A DNA stretch of 64,000 nucleotides. Origin: Alphaproteobacteria bacterium. Its GTDB lineage: Bacteria; Pseudomonadota; Alphaproteobacteria; UBA828. The notes below the pieces were generated by a model that was not told where the DNA came from, did not search any database, and saw only the letters and a list, made by a program, of their open reading frames with translations. The stretch lies in NCBI GenBank assembly GCA_965237415.1, contig CBDEFM010000002.1, forward strand, positions 3,232,001-3,296,000, in the 5' to 3' direction. This document shows, in pieces, positions 41,658-51,538 of the stretch (positions are counted from its first letter, which is position 1; each line of letters begins with the position of its first letter). Both the position numbers and the translations under genes were made by a program.

Positions 41658-41856
41658 GTCGCCTTCTGGAATACCCCGGAAGCATTCCGAGATAATGAGT
41701 CGATCGGGTTGTACTGGTGGGACACTGGCCAGAGTTTGGCTGTCGCCGCTTGGCGCCGTGGCGGCGGGCGACTATCGTGCGCGGCTTGTCGCGATAGCGC
41801 GGGGCAACACTGTGACCGGAGCACATAAGGCCGCATGAGTAGCCACGTGAGGCCGC

Positions 41857-43923
41857 ATGAGTAGCGCTGCTTCGGGCGCGCGTTACGTGCTCGCCGTCGA
41901 TGTCGGCGGCACGTTTACCGACGTAATCCGCCACGACACGGAGACCGGCGCGGTCGAGATCGCGAAGACCGCGTCCACCCCGCCCGACTTCATCGGCGGC
42001 ATGCTCGCCGGCATCGACGCCGTGGGCGCCGAGCCCCGCGACATCAAGCTCATCAAGATCGGCACTACCATCGCCACCAACACGGTCATCATGCGCACGG
42101 GTGCGCGCACCGCGCTTGTGACCACGGCGGGCTTCACCGACGTTCTGCACGCCGCGCGTGCGGCCCGGCCCACGCTCTACGATTCCGATTGGGACCCGGC
42201 GCCGGCGCTGGTCGACCGACGCGACACAATGACCGTCGCCCAGCGCACGACCTACGAAGGCGAGGTGCTGGAGCCGCTCGACGAGGCGGGCTTGCGCGCC
42301 ATCGCGGCGCGGCTCCAAGAGCGCGGCGTCGAGGCGGTGGCGGTGAGCTTCCTCCACAGCTACATCAACGATGCCCATGAGCGTCGCGCGCAGGAGATTT
42401 TGGCCGACGAGATGCCGGGCAGCTACGTCTGCCGCTCGTCGGACATCCTGCCCGAGATCCGCGAGTTCGAGCGCACCAGCACGACCGTGGCCAACGCCTA
42501 TCTCGGCCCGGTGCTGGAGCGCTATCTCGCCGCGCTCCTCGACCGGCTGGAAGGCATCGGCTACGACGGGCCGGTCCTCATCACCCATTCCGGCGGCGGC
42601 GTCATGTCCATCGAGGCGGCGCGGCGCATCCCCGCGCGTATCTGCCAGTCGGGGCCGGCGGCGGGCGTGATGGCGGGCGCCGCCATCGGGCGCCTCGCCG
42701 AGAGGCCCGACGTGATCGTCCTCGACGTCGGCGGGACCAGCGCCGACGTCTCGCTCTCGCGCCGGGGCCGCGCGCTGATCCGGCCCGAGTGGAACATCGA
42801 ATTCAACATCGTCATCAGCTTCCCCTCGGTGGATGTCACCGCCATCGGTGCCGGCGGCGGCTCTATCGCCCGTATCGACGAGGGCGGGGTGTTGAAGGTG
42901 GGGCCGGAGAGCGCCGGCGCGCGGCCCGGGCCGGCCTGCTACGGCCAGGGCGGCATCCAGCCCACCGCGACCGATGCGAACCTGGTGCTGGGCCGGCTCG
43001 GCGCAGAGACTAAGCTCGCCGGCCAGGTGGCACTGCACCCAGAGATTGCCGCGCAGGCCATCGACCGGATCGCGGAGCCTTTGGGCTATTCGCGGGCGGA
43101 AGCCGCCACCGGAATCTTGCGCGTCATGCGCGCCAACATGGCGGGCGCGATCCGCCTCGTCTCGGTGAAGCGCGGCCACGATCCGCGCGACTTCGCGCTG
43201 GTTGCCTTCGGCGGCGCCGGGCCGCTCTATGCGGTCGAGCTCGCCCGCGAACTCGGCATTCCCGAGGTGATCGTGCCCTTCCGCCCCGGCCTCGGCTCGG
43301 CCATGGGCGTGCTCCACGTAGAGGTGCGGCACGACTTCGTGCAGTCGATCTTCGCGACCAACGAGCGCTTCGATGTGGGCGAGATCAACGACGCCTTCGC
43401 CCAGCTGGAGGCGCGTGCCCGCGTCCGCCTCGGCCGGGACGGCGTTGCGGCCGAGGACGTGGTGCTCCGCCGCGAGATCGATGTGCGCTACTATGGCCAG
43501 GTCTCGGGCGGCCTCACGCTCCCGGTCAAGGCGGGCGCGCTCGATGACGACGATATCCGGGGCCTCTTCCGCTCCTTCCACGTTCGCCACACCGAGGACT
43601 ATGGTTATTCCTTGCCGGAGGACCTTGCCGAGCTCGAAATCGTCAACGCCCGCGTCGCGGCGGAGGCGCGCGTCACGACCGGCGCGACGCCTGTGTTCGG
43701 CGCGAATGGCGCGGGCGATCCCGCTCCGAGCGGGCGCAGAAAGATGTTCGACGAGGCCGAAGGCTGGGTGGAGGCGCCGGTCTACGAACGCACCGCGCTC
43801 CCGGTCGGTTTCGAGATTCCGGGCCCCGCCATCATCGAGCAGCTGGACAGCACGACCCTGCTCGTCCCCGGCTCTTCGGCCCGGGTTGACGAGCGTTTCA
43901 ACCTGATCTGCACGAGCGGGTGA
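41857..43923 (+). CDS. Hydantoinase/oxoprolinase A subunit (ATP-binding)
   Basis: DVGGTFTD, SGPAAG, DVGGTS, GPESAGARPGPACY. Confidence 0.92.
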   Translation: MSSAASGARYVLAVDVGGTFTDVIRHDTETGAVEIAKTASTPPDFIGGMLAGIDAVGAEPRDIKLIKIGTTIATNTVIMRTGARTALVTTAGFTDVLHAARAARPTLYDSDWDPAPALVDRRDTMTVAQRTTYEGEVLEPLDEAGLRAIAARLQERGVEAVAVSFLHSYINDAHERRAQEILADEMPGSYVCRSSDILPEIREFERTSTTVANAYLGPVLERYLAALLDRLEGIGYDGPVLITHSGGGVMSIEAARRIPARICQSGPAAGVMAGAAIGRLAERPDVIVLDVGGTSADVSLSRRGRALIRPEWNIEFNIVISFPSVDVTAIGAGGGSIARIDEGGVLKVGPESAGARPGPACYGQGGIQPTATDANLVLGRLGAETKLAGQVALHPEIAAQAIDRIAEPLGYSRAEAATGILRVMRANMAGAIRLVSVKRGHDPRDFALVAFGGAGPLYAVELARELGIPEVIVPFRPGLGSAMGVLHVEVRHDFVQSIFATNERFDVGEINDAFAQLEARARVRLGRDGVAAEDVVLRREIDVRYYGQVSGGLTLPVKAGALDDDDIRGLFRSFHVRHTEDYGYSLPEDLAELEIVNARVAAEARVTTGATPVFGANGAGDPAPSGRRKMFDEAEGWVEAPVYERTALPVGFEIPGPAIIEQLDSTTLLVPGSSARVDERFNLICTSG

Positions 43924-43927
43924 GGCC

Positions 43928-45787
43928 ATGCAGCTAGACCCCATCACCTTCGAGGTGCTGCGCAACGCGTTGGGAAGCATGTGCGACGAGGGAAGCGAGT
44001 TGATCGCCCGCCTCGCCTATGCGCCGACCATCAGCGAGGGCCACGATCATTCCTGCGCGCTGCTGACGGCGGAAGGGCGACTGGTCGCCCACGGCAACCG
44101 GGATCAGGCACCCCACATCGGCTCCTTCGAGCCTTCGGTGCGGGTGGTGAAGGAGTGGGTGGGCGAATTCGAGCCAGGCGATATTTACATCTTCAACGAC
44201 CCCTACACCGGCGGCATCCACTGCAACGACGTGAAGCTGATCCGCCCGATCCATCACGAAGGCCGCCTCGTCGCCTTCAACTCCAGCACCGGCCACTGGC
44301 CCGATGTGGGCGGCGCGCTGCCCGGCAGCTTCAACCCGCGCGCGGTGGACTGCTACTCCGAGGGGCTGCGGATGCCGCCGATGCGGCTCTTCCACAACGG
44401 CGAGCTCGACCGCACGGTGATGACGCTGATCGAGTACAACATGCGCACCGGGCGCGAGCGCATCGCCGACATCCACGCCCAGCGACAGGCCGGTTCGCTG
44501 ATCGAGGACCGCCTGCTGGAGCTCTACGCCCGCCACGGGGCGGAGACCATCGAGGTGCTGTTCGAGGATATCTTCGACTACACGGAAGAGAGGTTCCGCG
44601 CCCGGGTCGCCCAGCTCCCGGACGGGGTGTACGAGTTCGAGGATTTCTCGGACAAGGACATCATGCATCCGGAGACGCCGCGTATCCGGGTGCACTGCCG
44701 GCTCACCATCGAGGGCGACCGCGCAAGCTTCGACTATCGCGGGAGCGACGCCGCCCCGGTGGGCCCCTTCGGCTTCCCCCGCGCCTCGCTGGAGACCGCG
44801 GTCTTCGACGGCACGCTCCACTGCTTCCCCAAGCTGGCGCCGCTCAACCACGGGTTGAGCCGCACAATAGAGGTTCTGTCGACGCCAGGGAGCTGCGTCC
44901 ACATCGAGGAGCCGACGCCGGCGTCCGGCTATGCGAGCGGGGCCTACGAGAAGGTTGCGGCGGTGACCATGGCCTGCTGGGCGGCGGCGTTCCAGGATGT
45001 CGAGCCGAAGCGCATGTACGCCGCCGGCATCAACCTCGCGAACCTCTGCATCGGCGGCGTCCATCCCAAGACCGGCAAGCACTACGTCAACTATCTCTGG
45101 AACGAGGGCGGCCAGGGCGCCCGCAGCTACAAGGACGGCAACCCCTTCCAGATGATGATCTTCATCGGCGGTGCCACCAACCAGCCGGTGGAGATCCTGG
45201 AGCGTTGGTATCCGCTGCTCTACACCAACTGCGAAGGGGTCACCGATTCCTGCGGGGACGGCACCTATCGCGGCGGGGTGGGGATCGACCGCAGCTTCAA
45301 GACCCTGGGCGCCATGACCATGACCATGCACGGCGATCGCGCCGAAGTAACCCCCTTCGGCCTCGCCGGCGGCACCAATGGCGGCCCTAACACGCTCAGG
45401 CTCCGCCGAGCGGCCTCGCCGGAGAAGGAAGAGGAGCTCGGCATGCACGCCATGGGCATCCAGCTCGCGCCCGGCGATCAGCTCATCTACCGCTCCAACG
45501 GCGGCGGCGGCTTCGGCGACCCCCGCGCCAGGGCGCCCGAGGCGGTGCTGGCTGATGTCGAGCAAGGCTGGATCACGCGGGAGAAGGCCGAGCGGGTCTA
45601 TGGCGTGGTGCTCGCGGGCGGCGACGGCACGGGCGAGCCCTTGTGCATCGACGAAGCGGCGACGGCGGCGCGGCGCGCTGACGGGGAGCGACCGGACGAA
45701 GGCTACGGCCCCGGCGAGGTGCATCCGCTGGGGCGGCTGCTCAAGGCACCGGGGAACGGCACGGACGCGCAGACACATCAATCGTGA
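43928..45787 (+). CDS. Hydantoinase B/oxoprolinase subunit
   Basis: NDPYTGGIHCND, HWPDVGG..PGS, GGGGFGDP. Confidence 0.92.
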   Translation: MQLDPITFEVLRNALGSMCDEGSELIARLAYAPTISEGHDHSCALLTAEGRLVAHGNRDQAPHIGSFEPSVRVVKEWVGEFEPGDIYIFNDPYTGGIHCNDVKLIRPIHHEGRLVAFNSSTGHWPDVGGALPGSFNPRAVDCYSEGLRMPPMRLFHNGELDRTVMTLIEYNMRTGRERIADIHAQRQAGSLIEDRLLELYARHGAETIEVLFEDIFDYTEERFRARVAQLPDGVYEFEDFSDKDIMHPETPRIRVHCRLTIEGDRASFDYRGSDAAPVGPFGFPRASLETAVFDGTLHCFPKLAPLNHGLSRTIEVLSTPGSCVHIEEPTPASGYASGAYEKVAAVTMACWAAAFQDVEPKRMYAAGINLANLCIGGVHPKTGKHYVNYLWNEGGQGARSYKDGNPFQMMIFIGGATNQPVEILERWYPLLYTNCEGVTDSCGDGTYRGGVGIDRSFKTLGAMTMTMHGDRAEVTPFGLAGGTNGGPNTLRLRRAASPEKEEELGMHAMGIQLAPGDQLIYRSNGGGGFGDPRARAPEAVLADVEQGWITREKAERVYGVVLAGGDGTGEPLCIDEAATAARRADGERPDEGYGPGEVHPLGRLLKAPGNGTDAQTHQS

Positions 45788-45810
45788 GCTGACCGGAGGG
45801 GAGACAGCGC

Positions 45811-46833
45811 ATGGAGTTCGGGATTGCCTTCAAGGGCGACATAGGGATCGAGCGCACCATCGCGATCGCGCGCCAGTGCGAGGCGGCGGGCTTCGACTAT
45901 GTCTGGTTCTTCGATTCCCACATCCTCTGGTCCGACTGTTACACCAAGATTGCGGTCTGCATGGCGCATACCGAGCGGGTGCGCTTCGGGCCGCTGGTGA
46001 CCAACCCCAAGGTGCGCGACTGGTCGGTGGCGGGGAGCCTCTTCGCCACGCTGAGCGATATCGGGCGCGGGCGCTTCGACATCGCCGTCGGGCGCGGCGA
46101 CAGCTCCATGCGGGTCATGGGCAAGTCGCCGGCGACGCTCGCCTATACCGCCGAGTTCTGCGATGCGATGCGCAAGATGGTGGCGGGCGATACCGTGCAG
46201 TACGCGGATTGCCCGGAGCCCGTCTATATGGACTGGGTGGCCGGCCATCCCATGCCGGTCTGGTTCGCGGCCTATGGGCCGAAGGCGCTCAAGACCGCGG
46301 GCGAGGTCGGCGACGGGCTCATCATCCAGCTTGCCGACGTGGGTCTCTGCGAATGGTTCGGCGGTCAGGCCAAGGCGGCGGGCGAGGCCGCGGGCCGCGA
46401 CATGGCGGGCTACCGGGTGCTCTCGGCGGCGCCCGTCTGGGTCGGCGACAAGGAGGCCGGCGTCGCGCAGACCAAGTGGTTCCCGGCGCTGGTGGGTAAC
46501 CATGTGGCCGATATCGTGGAGAAATACGGCGCCGGCACCGACCTCGTGCCCGACAGCCTCACCGCCTATATCGAGGCGCGCCGCGGCGCGGGCGCCGGGG
46601 GCGCGGGCTACAACTACCGCCAGCACGCCGACAAGGTCTCCGACAACACCTATTACATCACGCCGGAGATCACCGATTCCTTCTGCATCCTGGGCGAGCC
46701 GGACGAGCACGTGGCCAAGCTCAAGGCGCTGGAGAAGGCCGGTGTCACCCAGTTCACCATCTACCTCACCAACGGCGCGGAGGAGCGCATCGTCGCTGAC
46801 TACGGCGACCACGTGATCCCGCATTTTCGGTGA
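45811..46833 (+). CDS. Luciferase-like (LLM) oxidoreductase, possibly F420-dependent
   Basis: WFFDSHILW, GPLVTNP, GRGDS, AAYGPKAL. Confidence 0.85.
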   Translation: MEFGIAFKGDIGIERTIAIARQCEAAGFDYVWFFDSHILWSDCYTKIAVCMAHTERVRFGPLVTNPKVRDWSVAGSLFATLSDIGRGRFDIAVGRGDSSMRVMGKSPATLAYTAEFCDAMRKMVAGDTVQYADCPEPVYMDWVAGHPMPVWFAAYGPKALKTAGEVGDGLIIQLADVGLCEWFGGQAKAAGEAAGRDMAGYRVLSAAPVWVGDKEAGVAQTKWFPALVGNHVADIVEKYGAGTDLVPDSLTAYIEARRGAGAGGAGYNYRQHADKVSDNTYYITPEITDSFCILGEPDEHVAKLKALEKAGVTQFTIYLTNGAEERIVADYGDHVIPHFR

Positions 46834-46846
46834 GGGGCCGGCACAG

Positions 46847-47233
46847 TCAGAGCGCCCGGATCGGCCCCGGATAGCGCGCGAGCGTAGAATCAGCCGTCAA
46901 CAGGGTTAGGCCCTCGATCCGGGCCTGCGCGACCAGGATGCGGTCGAACGGGTCCTTGTGGATGGGCGGTAGCAGGTCTACGGCCGTCGCATGGGCGCCG
47001 GTTATGGGCAGCTCCCGATAGTCGCGCTCCAAAAGGTTCCGGCGCAACAGGCGCGGGTCCACGCTGAACGCTCTCCGCCCGAGGCTGTTCTTGATCGCAA
47101 TTTCCCAGAGGGACGCGGCGCTGAACACCAGCTCCGTCGCGGGATCCTCCATCAAGGCGAGCGCATCGGCCGGCAATCGATGCGGTTCACCCGCCGCCCA
47201 GAGCAGGACGTGTGTGTCCAGCAGAAGCCTCAC
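46847..47233 (-). CDS. VapC/PIN toxin
   Basis: LLLDTHVLLW, SLWEIAIK, HKDPFDRILVAQA. Confidence 0.92.
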   Translation of the reverse strand: MRLLLDTHVLLWAAGEPHRLPADALALMEDPATELVFSAASLWEIAIKNSLGRRAFSVDPRLLRRNLLERDYRELPITGAHATAVDLLPPIHKDPFDRILVAQARIEGLTLLTADSTLARYPGPIRAL

Positions 47234-47475
47234 TCTTCGCCGCTGAACATGGCCTCGATCTCGGCGGCGCCGATGCGGTCGAAGTCCTCCGGAATCGTGA
47301 CTTGCCCTTCCATGAACCCGAGCCGGGTCATCTTGTCGGTCGCCGGCGTATCCACCGCGACCACCTTGACCAATGGCTTGCCCGCGCGCGCGATGATGAA
47401 CGGCTCGCCGGCAGCCGCGTCAGCCACAAGACGCGAAAGCTGAGTCTTTGCTTCGTGCATATTGACAGTGCGCAT
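47230..47475 (-). CDS. Phd/YefM family antitoxin
   Basis: VNMHEAKTQLSRLV..GEPFIIARAGKP; overlaps the toxin start. Confidence 0.92.
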   Translation of the reverse strand: MRTVNMHEAKTQLSRLVADAAAGEPFIIARAGKPLVKVVAVDTPATDKMTRLGFMEGQVTIPEDFDRIGAAEIEAMFSGEE

Positions 47476-47551
47476 GGCGGCATCCCTCGAACTTAGTCCA
47501 ATAAACTTAGTTTATTATACCGGTCCGCGCAAGGCCCATCTAAGCCGCCCC

Positions 47552-48553
47552 CTAATCCAGCCGCACCACCTCGCCGGTGGTGGCGGAGTGCTCGGCGGCG
47601 AGCGTCGTCCGCACCGCCTCCATCGATTCCTCGGGCGTGATGATGCTGGGCGGCGTGCCGTCGCGGACACAGCGGGCGAAGTAGAGGAACTCCTCCCTGA
47701 GCGCTCCCGAGAGCGCGCCGTGCAGCTCGGGCCAGTAGGTGGTGTCGGGGCTCCTGAATCCGTCCTTCGTGCAGATGCCGATGTTGGGGAAGGTGTCCTG
47801 GATATGGATGAAGCCTTCCGTGCCGATGATCGACATGCGCTCGTCGATATCAAAGGGCGTTTTTTCGGGCATGCACCAGACCGTCTCCAGCGTCGCCGTC
47901 GCGCCGGAATCGAAGCGGTACATGGTCTGCCCGATATCCGGATATTTCAGGCCGCGTACGTCCACCGTCTGGGCGTAGGCGCTCACCACCTTGGCGCCGG
48001 TGAACCACAGCATCAGGTCGGTGTCGTGGATGGCGTCGCCGATGATCGGCCCGATCTTATTGAGGATCTCGGGCGTCCACGCCGCCGGGATGTTGCGCCG
48101 TGAGCTGAGCGCCACGATGCGGCCGATGTTGCCGGCCTCGATCTCGCGCTTGGCCGCGGCGTAGCGCGGGTTGAAGCGGCAGATGTGCCCCACCATGAGG
48201 AAGCCCGGCGCCGCCTCCGCCGCAGCCACGATGCGCGCGCAGTCGTCTGTCGTGGACGCCATCGGCTTTTCGAGGAAGACGTGCTTGCCCGCCGCGAGCG
48301 CGGCCAGCGTGGGCTCGGTGTGCTGGTCCCACATGGTGACGATGCTGACGGCGTCGAGGTCGCTCCGCCCCAGCAGCGCGCGGTAGTCGGTCTCCAGCAC
48401 CCCGACCCCGTACTTGCGGCCGAGGTCCTTGAGCCGCGATTCGGTCCTCGTGCAAAGCCCGGCGAGCTCCAGGCCCGGCGTCGCCTGGATCGCGTCGCAA
48501 TGGACCTCGCCGAACCAACCGAGGCCGATCACGCCGATGCGCACGCTCTCCAT
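47552..48553 (-). CDS. Gfo/Idh/MocA oxidoreductase
   Basis: GLGWFG, HVFLEKP, IHDTD. Confidence 0.9.
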   Translation of the reverse strand: MESVRIGVIGLGWFGEVHCDAIQATPGLELAGLCTRTESRLKDLGRKYGVGVLETDYRALLGRSDLDAVSIVTMWDQHTEPTLAALAAGKHVFLEKPMASTTDDCARIVAAAEAAPGFLMVGHICRFNPRYAAAKREIEAGNIGRIVALSSRRNIPAAWTPEILNKIGPIIGDAIHDTDLMLWFTGAKVVSAYAQTVDVRGLKYPDIGQTMYRFDSGATATLETVWCMPEKTPFDIDERMSIIGTEGFIHIQDTFPNIGICTKDGFRSPDTTYWPELHGALSGALREEFLYFARCVRDGTPPSIITPEESMEAVRTTLAAEHSATTGEVVRLD

Positions 48554-48582
48554 GGCGGTGCCCTCCCGCCCGGCGGCGCCGC

Positions 48583-49164
48583 TCAGGCGGCCTCTTCCTT
48601 CTGCGCGGTGAAGGTGAGGCCCTTGGCCGCGAACTTCTCCTTCACGCCAGCCTGGATCGCGTCGAGCTTGACGGCAGTGGACGGCGACATGTCGATATCG
48701 GTCATGTCGTGCGTGCCGCCGGTGATCAGCACCTGCAGGATGCCTTCCTCCTCGCCGATGTTACGGAAGGCGCGGTTGACCTTGGGCGGGACCGAGATGG
48801 TGTCGAACTCGTCGAGCTCGACCCGCCCGTTGCCGTCGTCGTTCCACGTCAACTCGAAGCGGCCCTTGAGCACGGTGAAGGTCTCGTAGGTCTGGTGATG
48901 GGCGTGGAGCGAGGGGCCCTGGCCCGGCGGGCAGACGGCGAGCGTCATGGTCATGCCGGCGGCGTCCACGATGGGGGCGCCGGTGTTGATCGGCGTCTCC
49001 ACATCGCCGCTAAGGCCGATGACGGAGAGCAGCTTGCGCGCGTAGATGACATCGTTGGCCTCCAGCGGGATCTCCGGGTCCTGCTGGATCGGCAGCGGCT
49101 CCAGCGCGTCGTAGCGCGATATCCGGCTCTTCATCTCGTCGGGTGTGATCTCGATCGTCTTCAT
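48583..49164 (-). CDS. Cupin domain protein
   Basis: [17 protein letters not shown] cupin motif. Confidence 0.82.
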   Translation of the reverse strand: MKTIEITPDEMKSRISRYDALEPLPIQQDPEIPLEANDVIYARKLLSVIGLSGDVETPINTGAPIVDAAGMTMTLAVCPPGQGPSLHAHHQTYETFTVLKGRFELTWNDDGNGRVELDEFDTISVPPKVNRAFRNIGEEEGILQVLITGGTHDMTDIDMSPSTAVKLDAIQAGVKEKFAAKGLTFTAQKEEAA

Positions 49165-49197
49165 AGCATCCTCCCTGGCGCGCACCTCGGCGCCGCA

Positions 49198-49552
49198 CCC
49201 GGAATGGTAGAGCCTTCGGCGCCGGATTGGAATCGCCTGCGCGCGGGCCTGCGCGTCTGGCGAGGGGAGGGCGGGATATGGATTCGACTAATTTCCAATC
49301 GGGATTCGCCGGGATTAAGTGGGATTAAGTGGGATAAGTGGGATTCTGCGGGGCAAGGTCGCGCAAGTCCGCAGGGTCTTGCGCGCGGGATATCGCCCGC
49401 GCCTGAATGGTCGCGGGCGCAGAATATAGGATCGCGCACGCCCGCTCTTCTTGCCCGTCGCGGCCCGTCCGCTCTTGCTATGCATGGTCTCGCGCCGCAT
49501 GGCGCGACGATGGCGCCCCCGCCCTGCCCCGTGCACCGCACCATGGTGCGGG
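49198..49552 (+). repeat. Dispersed repeat, copy A (GGGATT-phased family)
   Basis: GGTAGAGC..TGGAATCGCCTG..GGGATTCGCCGGGATTAAGTGGGATTAAGTGGGATAAGTGGGATTC..GCGCGACGATGGCGC..CCGCACCATGGT shared with copy B. Confidence 0.8.
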
Positions 49553-49626
49553 CTTCCGGGGGCAGACTGCTACTCTGGGGCTTCGGCCGTGAAGCCACGG
49601 ATGTCGATCTGGTCGACTACCACTAC
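49546..49626 (+). pseudogene. HigB/RelE toxin C-terminal remnant
   Basis: [17 protein letters not shown] matches the HigB C-terminus; the 5' part is missing and TAC sits where the stop is expected. Confidence 0.65.
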
Positions 49627-49644
49627 GAACAGGAGGACCGCAGC

Positions 49645-49935
49645 ATGCCAATGAAGAACCCGCCGCATCCGGGTCTGTCCGTGCGTCATGACTGTCTCGA
49701 GCCACTGGGCCTCAGTGTGACAGAAGTAGCGCGCAAGCTGGGTGTCAGTCGCAAGCAACTCTCGGACATCGTAAATTGCCGCTCCGGCATCTCGCCTGAG
49801 ATGGCGATTCGCCTCGACAAGGCTTTCGGCGGCGGAGCCGATACGTGGTACCGGCTCCAGTCGACCTGGGAGCTGGCCCAGGCGCTGAAGAAGGCGGATC
49901 ACATCAAGGTCGAGCGTCTCTCGCCCGCCGCGTGA
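49645..49935 (+). CDS. higA: HigA (XRE-HTH) antitoxin
   Basis: [35 protein letters not shown]; AGGAGG RBS. Confidence 0.9.
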   Translation: MPMKNPPHPGLSVRHDCLEPLGLSVTEVARKLGVSRKQLSDIVNCRSGISPEMAIRLDKAFGGGADTWYRLQSTWELAQALKKADHIKVERLSPAA

Positions 49936-49952
49936 CGCTCCCGAGTGCCGCG

Positions 49953-50373
49953 CCCGAAACGGTAGAGCGATCGACTCCGGATTTGGAATCGCCTGTGCGC
50001 GAGCCTGCGCACCTTGCGCGTCCGGCGAGACGCGGGTGGGACACGAATTTGTTTAGTTTTGATGCGGGATTCGGCGGGATTAAGTGGGATAAGTGGGATT
50101 CCAAAGGTCGGACGGCGCCCGTCCTCGACAACGCTGGTGACGACGCTGCGGGCCTGTCGCGCACGCGGGAAGGGTCGTGCGCGCGGGGTAGGGTCTACAC
50201 GCCCGTGTCGCGCGCGCCTGCAAGGTCTCGCGCGCCGTTTCATTGCGCTCACCCCGGCCTGCTCGCCATTGCGCTCACCCCGGCCTTCTCGCCATTGCGC
50301 TGCGTGGCCTTGCACTGCATCGCGCGACGATGGCGCACCCGCCGCCCGCTGTGCTCCGCACCATGGTCTGGGC
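49953..50373 (+). repeat. Dispersed repeat, copy B (GGGATT-phased family)
   Basis: Same ordered motifs as copy A; contains an internal 26-bp tandem duplication at about 50241-50301. Confidence 0.8.
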
Positions 50374-50421
50374 AAGTGTCCTGTTCGAGAAGCTCCCATG
50401 CGTTTACATTGTATCCCCTTC

Positions 50422-50516
50422 CGTCATGGCCGGACGTGTTCCGGCCATCCATGTGTTTGCCCAGCGTCCGGCGGGTCTGGCTTCTGGAGATGCCCGGAAC
50501 AAGTCCGGGCATGACG
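50422..50516. repeat. CGTC-type REP-like palindromic doublet
   Basis: 95 bp like the 13425 copy; its last 31 bp are the exact reverse complement of that copy's first 31 bp. Confidence 0.85.
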
Positions 50517-50601
50517 GCGTGTGGGAGTGGTCGCGGTCGAGAGAATGTTCACCCATCCAACAACAACCGAATTTTGGATATTGGATATTAGAACGTCGGT
50601 A

Positions 50602-51231
50602 TCAATCCGCGTCCGGGCTGCCGCGCTCGTAGAGTTCTTCCCTGGTCCAGACGCACTTCATGAAGTTGAATCGCTCATGGTCTTGGAAGACATACTGCGA
50701 ATCTTCCTTTTCGTCTTCCGTGGTCCACGGCAAGCGATAGCCAAGCCATACCGTTTCGAATGGCTCTGATTCGCGAGGAGTTCCGCATAGCAGGTCTCGT
50801 ATACGTCTTTCCGCTTCGACTCTTGTACCGCGTGTGGTTAGAGGATGGTGGAGCACAACCAACAGATGCCCTCGTCCTTGACGTTTCACCAGTGCTGAAT
50901 ACTTGCTTCGCTTGTTTTCAACCAGCTCTACAGCTTTTGCTCCCACGACCGCATCCGGTTCCAAATATCCCTTTCCTTGCTGGTCTTCAGGCCCGCTCCC
51001 CCACAGCCATTTCGCTTCATCAGAGTCGTAATAGACGCCCGTCACTTCGCCCCAAGCCTTGATTTCGGTTCCGTCCTCCTTTCGTATGTGGAAATCAACG
51101 TCAGGCGGGTCTTGATTCGGGCGATTTGACTGTATCCGAGCGTTCAGGCGTTGCGCTAACGCGACGGCCCACCACTTTCCCCAATATTCTTCGTGTTGGC
51201 GCTGAAGCTGCTTACGGTCGTGTGGTTGCAT
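50602..51231 (-). CDS. Hypothetical protein, possible PD-(D/E)XK-like fold
   Basis: Low-GC 209-aa ORF; DPPDVDF...WGEVT. Confidence 0.6.
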   Translation of the reverse strand: MQPHDRKQLQRQHEEYWGKWWAVALAQRLNARIQSNRPNQDPPDVDFHIRKEDGTEIKAWGEVTGVYYDSDEAKWLWGSGPEDQQGKGYLEPDAVVGAKAVELVENKRSKYSALVKRQGRGHLLVVLHHPLTTRGTRVEAERRIRDLLCGTPRESEPFETVWLGYRLPWTTEDEKEDSQYVFQDHERFNFMKCVWTREELYERGSPDAD

Positions 51232-51249
51232 GTCCGTTCCCGAAATAGG

Positions 51250-51320
51250 GCGTTCATAGATGGCCGCGTTGAACAGGTAGACCGGGACGTTCGTGTCCAG
51301 CAAGTGCTACTCAACGCCCT
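51250..51320 (-). pseudogene. VapC/PIN toxin N-terminal remnant
   Basis: GVE*HLLDTNVPVYLFNA overlapping the antitoxin stop; in-frame stop, and the rest of the PIN domain is absent. Confidence 0.6.
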
Positions 51321-51538
51321 TGCAAATCGTCTCGGTTCCAGACGGCACCACCGCGCCGCGAGCGAGAGGCGCGCGAGAGCGCCAGCAACCGCTCGCAGGC
51401 GTCGTCGCGGCGACGATCGACACCAGCATAGGTTGCGAGGTACGTCCGGACCACGGCATTGACGGAGGTGTTCTCCTCTATCGCGCGGATGCGAGCGCGC
51501 TCGAGGATGTCGTCGTCGACCACGATGGTAAGGATCAT
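51311..51538 (-). CDS. RHH-type (DUF6364/VapB-like) antitoxin
   Basis: LTIVVDDDILERARIRA..TSVNAVVR.YL..YA; W.RDDL tail; upstream palindrome ACACG-GATTT-CGTGT (51555-51569). Confidence 0.75.
   Translation of the reverse strand: MILTIVVDDDILERARIRAIEENTSVNAVVRTYLATYAGVDRRRDDACERLLALSRASRSRRGGAVWNRDDLQGR

Noticed and set aside
49161-49598. Repeat-encoded peptides sharing [11 protein letters not shown] (also 13105-13347 and 49899-50399)
   Set aside because: Unit indels of 9-10 bp break the frame between copies and the flanks are not conserved as protein, so the similarity is best explained at the DNA level.
48709-49644. 408-aa ORF as a long HigA fusion
   Set aside because: The upstream part is antisense to the cupin gene and runs through the repeat; a strong RBS supports the start at 49645.
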